From Octopus vulgaris (lineage: Eukaryota): DNA of 64,000 nucleotides. Positions 53,947 through 64,000 of the stretch are shown one piece after another. A program made the translations under genes and the position numbers. The stretch's first letter is position 1. Each line of letters starts with the position of its first letter. Where the stretch lies: the NCBI GenBank assembly GCA_951406725.2, contig OX597817.1, positions 20,088,001 through 20,152,000 on the forward strand, written 5' to 3'. The notes under the pieces were generated by a model. That model saw only the letters and a list, made by a program, of their open reading frames with translations, searched no databases and was not told the DNA's origin.

Positions 53947-53977
<31 letters not shown>

Positions 53978-54161
53978 ACAGGGAAAAATCTGATTTAGGA
54001 TTGAATCCAATTTTATAGTAAAATATTATATTATATTAAATTAGAGACAAAACCACTATTAGGCAAATCAAACAATGAAACACTTAAGCCAATACATAAG
54101 ATTATTATATTAATATTATCTAAATATATAACAAAATTATTAAAAAATATAATTAATATCA

Positions 54162-54225
54162 CACTACGATCGTTTCATGCCTGCTAACTTCTTCAAATTT
54201 TTGAGTCGCAATCATTCATCAGGTG
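54162..54225 (-). ncRNA. Type I hammerhead ribozyme with extended helix II
   Basis: cac-CUGAUGA-aug..cau-GAA-ACGAUCGU-A-gug: intact core and palindromic helix III. Confidence 0.75.
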
Positions 54226-54532
54226 GTTTAAATATCTAAAATATAATCAATATTTTTAAGATATAAATAATATATATAATATAATAATTTTACTTATATT
54301 AAACTCTATTATTAAATATGATTATATCGAAATCGACTATAATGTTAAATATTAACTTTAATTTATAAGGTAGAAAACCCATAATCTAATATCAATATTA
54401 GTCTATATCTAATTACATAAATATTTAAAATGACTAATATATATAAATTATCAATGAAAATATATATAAATATTATAATCAAGAACTAAAATAATCTCTA
54501 TAAATAATTGTATATAATGAAAACCTAATAAA

Positions 54533-54597
<65 letters not shown>

Positions 54598-54600
<3 letters not shown>

Positions 54601-54745
54601 GAATGGCTGTGTGAAAAGAAGCTTGCTTCCCAACAACATGGTTCCCAGTTTTTTTCCAGCTGCGTGACACCTTGGTCAAGTTTCTTATACTATAACCTCA
54701 GGCCAACCAAAGATTTGGTAGACTGAAACAGAGAGAAACCAGCCT
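54598..54745 (+). mobile_element. Degenerate 5' half of SINE family A
   Basis: caggaatggctgtgtg..catggttcc..caccttggtcaag..gatttggtagac. Confidence 0.7.
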
Positions 54746-54878
54746 TATATAAGTTCATATATATTAATTCAAAACGTATATACGGATAAAAGTATCGTTA
54801 ATGATTTTTATCAAGTAGTCAGCATAGTATAAAAAATTATACATTAAATCAATAATAATCTGATTATGTTTATAATAA

Positions 54879-55172
54879 TATCAAGCGAGAGCGGGCGAAA
54901 GCGACTTTTCTCCAGCATTTCTGTAGTGCCGATACCTTCAAAAACTACCAAAACCCCAGCTAAATTATACACGATGTTGAAAGCGGGCTCGTGAGAAAAA
55001 AATTAAAAAGTCATCACGTTAATTGTAATTTGGTTCCACATTCTGGATTAAAGCAAAAATATCTCTTTTCCTTCGTCAACACAATACAGGGTTAGGAGAA
55101 ATATAAGCCCAAATAACTGTACGTAGTTTTTGTAGGTATCGGCACTTCAACAATACCCGATCACCCTTGATA
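54879..55172. mobile_element. MITE-like element with imperfect terminal and subterminal inverted repeats
   Basis: ta-tcaagcgagagcggg pairs with cccgatcacccttga-ta. agtgccgataccttcaaaaactac pairs with gtagtttttgtaggtatcggcact. Confidence 0.6.
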
Positions 55173-56079
55173 TAATTTCATACAATATAAAACATAAACG
55201 TCAGGTTTCGCTTATGAGCGAACAGCTTGCGTGAAATAAGAAGGTAATGTACTGTTGATACCAATCACGGAAATAAAGCAAAACATCAATGAAATGCTTG
55301 TAGTAACTCTGAGAGATAACGGCTACAGTTTGACGTAGATTTGAACATTGTAGTAGAGGAGTAACTACTGTAGAGCTACTTCGTAGATCACATTTTCGTT
55401 CTTTTCGTTCAAGAGCATAGATGAATAATTTATCTGGACGGCCAACTCTGGAACAACCGATGTAGAACTACCTAAGTGAAAAGCATGACGTTCAAATGTC
55501 AATTCGGACAAGTTTCAGCGATTGACCTTGTGCTTTAGTAATTGTCATGGTGAAGCTGAATTTTGGATGGAGCTGAAGTCACCTCGTACGGTAGGGGAAA
55601 GCATTTTGTGGTTAGCAGAATTTCCAGAATAAAAACGGTATCGCTTTTACCATAATAATTTGGACTTCAATGACATGGTTCATCATTTATCTGGCCACAA
55701 GGCGAGTTCCGTTGCATAATGTGGGTGTTTTTAGATTGTGTAGGAGGATAATAGGGCAATCGAATTTTAAGTGACGTTCGGGCATTGTAAAAAGTGTACT
55801 ACTGTCAGAACTTTGTATGAGTAAAAGCAGAGAATATGTATAATATGGATTATTTTCTAAAGGCATTGTAAAAATAATTAAATGTTGATTTAAATTGCAT
55901 GGCTACCTTAAGGAAATGCTAATGTGCAAATATCAGCAGTTTGCTGTGAATGGCATTGTACTACTGTAGTAGATATATATATATATATGTAGATATATAT
56001 ATATATATACATACATACATGCATGCATACATACATATATGCGTACATACATACTTATATATATATATATATATATATA

Positions 56080-56236
56080 TGTATAATGTTTCAGTTTCTG
56101 TCTACAAATGTCCATTCATATGACTTTAGTTTGCACGGAAATATAGTTGTACACAGTTACCCAATATGGAATGGGACTGAATCCGGAACCCGTGTTGTAG
56201 AATAAAACGTCATAGCACACCGACATATATGCGCCT
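56080..56236 (-). mobile_element. Highly degenerate SINE family A head
   Basis: ttcagtttctgtctac..tgggactgaatccggaacc..gcgcct. Confidence 0.55.
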
Positions 56237-56821
56237 GAATATTGTAGTAGTGTTCATTACCATTTTATTTCCATTGTAATATTGTTCGGCAGAGATACCT
56301 GCAGCAAATCAAAAAAACGGAAGGAAGAAGTTAAACGTGTCTCTTGAATGACCTGATCTAGCACAGATGCATTTGCATAATGGAAGCGGAATCTGAAGAC
56401 CATAAACACACGTGGATATATTTCACATATATTTCGTAATAGAAGATTTTTGTTACCCTAATCTCACCTGCTCATTGAAAAGATCATGTTTAAATGCTAG
56501 AAACTTACTTCCTGGCAAGCTATTAGGGACTGCAAACATTTCTATGTGTTTATGCCGATCTTACAGATTTGTTGGTACGATTTAAAGTTATAATGTGTAA
56601 TTTTTGACACCCTTTACCGTTCTTCTAAATCAAATTCCATTCATTTACCTCTTTACAACATAAGAATGCATGGACCTCTATTACCATCCCACCTCTTCTA
56701 ATGCTTCCATTTATCTTAATTTCATATTTTCACTTTTACTCTTCACATTCCATGACGATCAATTTTGAAATATCAGCATACACACAAATAAACACATACA
56801 CATACATACGTACAAAATACG

Positions 56822-56897
<76 letters not shown>

Positions 56898-56920
56898 TAT
56901 ATATACATATATATATATAT

Positions 56921-57098
56921 AGTTAATCCAAACATGAAAACACAAAGAGAAAACACCACAACACGAAGACGTAGAACAAGTATAGTATTATTGGACGCTC
57001 AGGAAAGAATGAAAGAAGGAGGGTTTAACGTTTCGAGTGGAGCTCTTCGTCAGAAACATAGGAAAAGGAAAGATCCAAAAAGGGAAGACGGAGACTGG
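56921..57098 (-). mobile_element. Short HHR-bearing Penelope-like terminal fragment abutting (TA)n
   Basis: Contains the HHR at 57023-57057 and has a related copy at 47707-47895. Confidence 0.65.
57023..57057 (-). ncRNA. Minimal type I hammerhead ribozyme
   Basis: guuu-CUGACGA-a-gag(cucca)cuc-GAA-ACGU-U-aaac. The palindromic ACGU helix III is typical of PLE minimal HHRs. Confidence 0.75.
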
Positions 57099-59699
57099 AA
57101 ATTCTGAGCCATTCAACTCCTATGTATTCAAACAATTAAGCACCTGATTGTGTTTCTGCATGTATGCGTTGTTTTATCTCTCGTTGCATGCGGAGAATAT
57201 TCGTATATTGAGCAACTGAAAAAGTGCACGCCAGAAAGAAGGCTAATCATGAAAGTGAGGTTTTTCTTTCGATAAGAAATATAAAAAGCCAACTTTTTGA
57301 CGAGGTAAAACACTTTTAGTTGAACCAGTCTTCCACAATCCTTCAACATAAATTATCGAATTAGAAATTCAAAGAAATTCAAAGCTCTTTTTCTTCTCTT
57401 AATACATTTAACAACAAGGACACATGATCGAGCAATTAACATACATCTGTTTGAAAATTTGTAATTAATTAACTGATGAAGAATGCTGGAAATTGATAAT
57501 TATGTGACTTCTTTTATAATTCTGTAACTGTGGGTTTCACTTAACAGAAAATAAAAGACAAAATACGTTTAATTTAATTATCTTTTGACATGAAAGCAAC
57601 GGAAGTGTTCGGTGACAAATGATTTCTCTAATAAACAAGTTGTTATTGATGCTATATTAATTGTTATCTGCAAAAAAGTTAAAAGAATGAACGTTTAACT
57701 AAAGTTTTGAGGATGTATATGAGGCTACACATATCATGTTCTGTATTTAACCACTATAAGCCTTATTCTCTCTCCTCTCTCTTCGTCTCACACAATGAGT
57801 TTGTTCTTATCAGTTTTGAAAATATACCAATATTTTGACGCAGTCAATGCTATCGATTGCAATATTGTATAGACACTTTCAGAAGGTAAATGTAACCCCA
57901 TTGTACAATAATCCTTAGAATACTAACCCGATTTTAACAAAAATGTGGGTACATCTCTTTTACTATTAGCCTTATTGTGAGGACGATTGTATGGTCCAGC
58001 AACTGTCCATAGTAATACATCGATGTTTCCAAGCAATTTGGTAATTAGTAATTTTACTTTCATGTTTGTTCATCGTTCGTTTGTAATTTATCAAGATATC
58101 TCATTTATCAGGATGTTTAATTCATCAAGATTACGTTAATTCAGAAAAGCTTTAATAATTAATAGTATTGCATGATTCTATAAGTTTTTGAAATCGTAGT
58201 TAGTGTTGTGTAGTCCAATGCCGAAAATCCGTCGGAGTAGACATTTTTAAAACGAATACCATTAACATTTGTGGGATTGTGCTTACATTATTAGCTGTTA
58301 TGTCATACTCTTCTTTAAATTAAATGTCAGGTATTGGAAGTGAGATTTAACTCGTATTTATATTACGTAGAAATATCATGTGGTGCATTTCATGTTCGTA
58401 GAATTCCATTGTTTTATTTTATAGCAGTTACAGCTTAAAAATTAACGTAACATGAGCGATTACTATTATGTTTGTTAAACCACTCTACTTACATTTTAGA
58501 GGTGGGGTTCAATTTTTAAAAATTGCTTCCATTCTGCAACGTGCTCCTAATGAAACCAAATTCATTTTATCTCTATTAAACACCAGACATATAAATTTAC
58601 AGCAATTACTTTTCCGTTTCTTAAACACATGCCTGGTTTTCTGTCGTAATTGGAATGGCTTTGGACAATTTATGAATCATTATATCTCAAATAATGGCAG
58701 TTGCTTGTGAAAATTTTCTACTTGATTCTTCACATCAAAGTATCAAATGTTAGTATGATGCTATTTAATAAATATGCAACTTAATACCAAGTGACATTTA
58801 TGTATAAGCAGTCAATAATATTATTTGCTACAGATCTTATGTCAAAATAATTAAAACTTGTATTTATCCTATATTATGAGTTAAACGGTTTCATATGTTG
58901 CCTCAAGAAACAATTGGAAAGCACAGAATTAGTCTATTCTATGAAAGCAGTGATTTGTATCACTTAAGCTTGGAAATTGCCTAATTTGCTAATATAAATA
59001 ATTCTATATGAATCAACATTATTGGATTATATCGCTGCGTTTTATCTATCGCATTCACTTCTAGTACTCTCATATATAACCTAGCATACATTTCTATAAT
59101 GGTATAAAATTTAAGCAATGCATATAAAAACAGGTCTATGTTTGCATCTACAGAAACACACATATACATAATTATCCAAAACAGCTATATGCACTTAAAG
59201 ACATACGCGCACATCTTTAAACAGACAAAGAAACACACATTAAAACACATCCATATAGATTATACAACATATGGCATATTGAGCATGTGTAAAAGTTTAG
59301 TATATATAAGTATAAAACATGTATGCTTGTATGTATCGATATATGCATATATCGTTCACATAGGAGATCCAGAGATTCTCCGAACAGAAGACTCTTAGTA
59401 GTGCTCAAACATTCAACCTTAGACACAGGACCTTACATGTATATGAATATGCATCCATATATATGTGTAAGCATGTATATTTACATATATACATTTATAC
59501 ATATATATTTGTTAATATAAATACGTATGTAGCTCCCTGTATACTCATCCAAGATGGTGATATGTACTAATGTTCCACGGAACAGGTTTGACAAATTACT
59601 GAGAAATATTTCTCGGCATGAATCCAGTGATACCCTTTTTAACCTATAAAGAATATTCACCCACTAATGCGCTGTCCAGCACTTATTCTCACTCTTCGA

Positions 59700-59747
<48 letters not shown>

Positions 59748-59751
<4 letters not shown>

Positions 59752-60121
59752 TCCGTAATAATGAAGGGTGAAATTAATTAATTTGGAATAATTATCAATT
59801 ACACCAAGTAGTCTTCGGCATGTAAAAGCCTCATTCGAGGAAAATTTAAGTAATACTAAGCAATAAAGGGTTTGGCAACGAATTGCCTTACCATATACCG
59901 AATTTAGAAATAGCAGTCAAAGAGTTATAGCTATTTCTTCTACTAAAAGGAGATCTCAGTAAAAACAGCAATTGGAAGGCCTGTTTGTGTCTGCCTTCCA
60001 ATTGCTGTTTTTACTGAGATCTCCTTTTTAGTAGAAGAAATAGCTATAACTCTTTGACTGCTATTTCTAAATTCGGTATGTGGTAAGGCAATTCGTTGCC
60101 AAACCCTTTATTGCTTAGTAT
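59748..60121. mobile_element. Fold-back element (~128-bp arms, 12-nt loop) related to the 35937 monomer
   Basis: 59853-59980 pairs with 59993-60121. Shares agggt.aaattaatt, caccaagt, tgtaaaag and tagaaatagcag with 35937-36110. (TA)n flanks. Confidence 0.85.
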
Positions 60122-61532
60122 ATATATATATATATATATTATTTAACATAGCTTGAAAAGGGATTTATGAGTGGCTTTAATGGTATAATTATTAAAAACA
60201 TTTTTATCTTTGTATGCAAAGATACACAAATTCTCTTAAATTGTATGTTAATCTAAGTATCTGTTTTAAAATTACTATTAAAAGAAAACATTTTGTGCTG
60301 ATTTGAAAACGCAAATGTCTAAATAGAAATTATCCCAACGTATTTATTTTGTAACTGTAACTATTATGATGCATGGGCAGCATTTGTAGTACGTTTTGTG
60401 ACTGAATTAGTTTAGAGAAACGATACAATTTACTTTTCGTGAAAGGCTGTACGTTGTATATTTAATTGACATATACAAAGTTCGGAGACTTAGCTGTTAA
60501 CGTTTCTATCACGTATCGATGATCTACCATAAGTCACGTGTAGCTCATATAGTTTACGCTTAGTTAAAGCTGAACTAGTGTATGGTATATTTCGCCTGGA
60601 CCGTCAACAAAATACTAGGTATTTAGTACATCAAATTAAATACTTAGCCTGTATTTTCTGATGCTATCTAAAAGCAAAATAGAAAAATAAAAATATCTGT
60701 TTATATAAATTAATTATGCATTCCTGGTGTGCTATATATTAATAATAGTTTCTTGGACTTGTGATAATGAGAAATATAGTTGCAATTGAAATGTGGATAG
60801 GAATCGTAATAGAAAGGAAGAAGAGGAGAAGGACGGGTAGATAACGAAGAACAAATGCTGAATGAGAACCCGGCTGTCATTAATTTGTTACTTCGATGCA
60901 CCCTCTAGGGCTGAAGTATGTAATGAATTAAGAGTTGTTTTCAATGGAACGGAAACGAGTGTTTCGAATGGAAAACACTCTTTATTGTCAGACAGCTGAT
61001 AAATAACATGCTGGTTTATGCAGTTTACCCATGTTCTCCTTGTTATCTCTCTTTTCTAGTACTTCTCGTTATATCACAGGCTAAAGTTCTCCTCACACAT
61101 TCTTTTGTTCTGACCAGCATTTAAACAATCTATAAGGATGTTTCTTCAAACAGCATAGGGACAACTAAAATAATACACGATGGTCCAAGATGTGTATGGT
61201 AATCTGGAGGGCGGGAAAACCTTTACAGTCACATGAATGAGTCAAAGTAGAAAGTTCGAACTTATTCAACTTTCCCCTCTTCAAAGACAATAAGTATAAC
61301 CATCATCAAAAAGATACTTAAGAGATTTTAAAATTTAATTATAACTAATTTTATATATTTTACACTCTCTTTAAAATATTTATATGAATATATGAATGTA
61401 TGAATACTTGCATGAGAATATGCACACACAGACACACACATTACAAACATTACACACACTTTACACACATTACACACACTTTACACACATTACACACACA
61501 CATTACATACACACATCATATATACACATACA

Positions 61533-61700
61533 CGGGCGTGGCTGCATGGTAAGAAGTTTGCTTCCCAACCGCATGATTCCGGGTTCTATCCCACTGCGTG
61601 GCACCATGGGCAACTGTCTCCTACTATAGCCTTTGGCCGACTAAAACTATGCGGGTGCGTTTCGTAGACGAAAACTGTAAAATGCCCATCCATACATATT
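61533..61700 (+). mobile_element. Degenerate 5' half of SINE family A
   Basis: gtggctgcatggtaagaag..ccgggttctatcccactgcgtggcacc..ctactatagcc. Confidence 0.75.
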
Positions 61701-63060
61701 CAGTGAAGGCGTGGTTTGGCTCTGAGGTGAGGTCCTGAGAAAAAGCGCACTTTACCATGTCTATAGACAGGGTAAAGCTTCTCTTCTACCATGAATGTCA
61801 TTAGTGAAGAGTATGACTGATTTTGCGAGAACACGATAAGGCTTTTTTATAGTTGTGTGAGAGGACCGCTCACAGAGTCATCTATAAGATACACATGAGT
61901 CCATATGAGTCCATATCAATATATGCTGGAACAGCAGCAGGAACAGACTGATGTGGAGAAGACTTCGGTGGAATTTCCGTGTATTAAATTTGTAATCTAT
62001 GTACATAAGATGAAGTCGGCAGGTAGGTTTTCTTTTAGGTGTGTTTGTGTTGTAATTGAAAGACATCAGTTTAGCTGTGTGTGACTGCATATGTCCAGGG
62101 GCCTAGAAATAAGCGAAAACCGAAGCATAAGAGAGAAAGTGCCAGAAAGAGAATTACATGGTACGTAACTATCTATAGTTGGCCGGCGGTAATGCCACCT
62201 GTCGGTAGTACTACCGGAAGTTGCAACTTATTCTAGAATATTCTGTAGCGAATATTAATCCGACTTTAAACGTAAGACAATAGTAAGAGGTTTATGATCT
62301 GTAAAGATAGTAAAATATCTTCCCTCGAGAAAATATTTAAAAAATAACTATTTGACAGCCAGGGAAATCGCTAAAAGTTCTCTACCGAAAGTGCTATAGC
62401 GTGTCACTGTTGAGCTGGCGAGTATACAATGCCAAAGGCTTCAGATTTCCTTGATAAGATTACAGAAATACTGAATCAACAGCTGAATCAAATACATCAA
62501 CAGCCAGCCAAAAGCTTTGCATTAGATTTGGAGTGTGCCAATAACGATACTTTAGCAAGTTTACTTTTGATAGTTTGGAAATTCTCGGTAAGTGATGGTG
62601 AAGGGGAGATAGCCTCAATCTTTTTTCTTTGCGATCCTTCAAATGAATAGTGACAGGGACCAATCTTTTCGCGCAGTGTGTGATAAAACATCGGTAAAAT
62701 TTACCATACTTAGGAAACGGCGAATCTGCTTAAGAGCAGTGGAAGCGGTAAGTGGATGTGGAAGCGGTAAGACCATTGGAAGTGGTAAGTGGCGGTCAAA
62801 GACGAAGAACCAAATACTTACTTGGCAGTGTTATTTTTCAGTTGGTAGTAACTGAGGCGGTGAAAAACCAGTGTTAGATGCTGAATATGTTCCTCCTTTT
62901 TGTCTATAAACTTTGGACTACTAGTTGTATCCCGCAAACAAAAAACACATGGAGAGACATTCAAACGAACCAAAAGGTGTAGTGACACCAACCGTTGGTA
63001 TATCGCCTGGGTTGCGAGGAAAATGATGATACCCCCAGACGAGGTCACACCTGGAAAAAG

Positions 63061-63660
63061 CTGTATACTCATGAAAGGTAGAAGAAAAATCCTGCATGAG
63101 AAATAGGGTATCTATCCGGGATCGTAATAACATTTAACATGTTATAGCCCCCGACTGGACGAAAAAGAGCAGATCTTTCTTGAACCAAATGAAGAGGTGA
63201 AGACCATGCTCTAGTTCAGGGATGAATAAGCCCCAGCTGCAGCCTGTAGTCGAATTCGGCTTTCCCATCCTTGAGATTGTCTGAAGGTAAACGTCCAAAA
63301 CGAGCAAGGACTGGTGAACCGGTAACATTCCCTCAATGTTTCGTAGAGCACATCTTTTTACATCTCTTTAACGCCGAAACGTATATATAGTTAATCAAAG
63401 TCGGATGGATTCGTTATGTTATCTCTTTATTTGCGTGAGTTGTAAAGTACTGCTGTCTGGGAGATAGTTTATGGTAGTGGAATAGTATTTTAATTGCTAT
63501 TTCTAAATTTCTGTATGTGGTGAAGCAAATTTTGCTGAACCCTAATTATAATTATGCTCATGATTATAGAATTTTTGAATAAGTTAACCGATAATGGTTC
63601 TTTTAACATACCGAACTACTTGGTAAAATTATTAATTGATTAATCAATTTTACACCCTAT
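63061..63660 (+). mobile_element. Third member of the 35937/59748 family; left boundary uncertain and may extend to ~62100
   Basis: 63376-63660 is collinear with the HHR-sense strand of the 554-nt monomer (GAAACGT, tgtctgg, gctatttcta, gtatgtgg, ccctaattata, acttggt.aaatt, aattttac). Confidence 0.65.
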
Positions 63661-63670
63661 TATATATATA

Positions 63671-63795
63671 TATTATATAGAAGGAGCTTCTACAGGACTA
63701 GAACTGTTTCATTCAAAATAAATCATCAGGAAGCTCCTGATGATTTCTTTCGAATTTAACAGTTCTAGTCCTGTAGAAGCTCCTTCTATATAATA
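63671..63795. mobile_element. 125-bp palindrome made of two back-to-back hammerhead motifs
   Basis: tattatatagaaggagcttctacaggactagaactgtt pairs with aacagttctagtcctgtagaagctccttctatataata. Confidence 0.85.
63683..63737 (-). ncRNA. Type I hammerhead ribozyme (weak helix II)
   Basis: ggagcuuc-CUGAUGA-uuuauuuugaau-GAA-ACAG(uucuaguc)CUGU-A-gaagcucc. Confidence 0.7.
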
Positions 63796-63863
63796 AATTA
63801 ATTTACTCTGCTATGTATTGAGTACCTTATTTACTGTGGTTAACCCCGACTCAACCCGGGACC

Positions 63864-63946
<83 letters not shown>

Positions 63947-64000
63947 TTTTGATTTGTAAATGTTTGCCTGTGCATATGTGTTAAATTTTGAAGCAAGTAA

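Larger units (their letters stand above)
51326..53975 (+). mobile_element. 5'-truncated CR1-group LINE with (AATC)n tail and TTACA target-site duplication
   Basis: ORF2 remnant, short 3' UTR and (aatc)n. TTACA at 51321-51325 and 53976-53980. Confidence 0.92.

Noticed and set aside
57468-57505. CTGATGA...GAAA spacing like a hammerhead
   Set aside because: Helix II does not pair and helix I is unconvincing, so it is likely chance in AT-rich DNA.
60948-60996. Minus-strand CUGACAA..gagug/cauuc..GAAAC motif
   Set aside because: Broken 3-8 pair, extra nucleotides before helix II and no helix I.

Overview
AT-rich, microsatellite-dense eukaryotic intergenic or intronic DNA. The SINE types and repeat density suggest an octopus genome, but that is an inference. 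No host protein-coding gene is supported, and nearly all ORF-track entries are microsatellite translations. The window holds a young 5'-truncated CR1-group LINE (51326-53975), three decayed R4/Dong-like retrotransposon pieces beside (TAA)n tracts, a CR1-like 3' end, two tRNA-derived SINE families and a decayed Penelope-like GIY-YIG endonuclease. The main unannotated signal is a set of non-coding, Penelope-like or retrozyme-like elements carrying type I hammerhead ribozyme (HHR) motifs. About 7 motifs are well formed and several more are degenerate. Many sit in long fold-back inverted repeats inside (TA)n tracts. They include a 554-nt partially tandem monomer, compensatory core variants (C3-G8, U3-A8, G3-C8) and possible HHRs with very long helix-II insertions. 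All folds were read by eye, with no database search or folding software.
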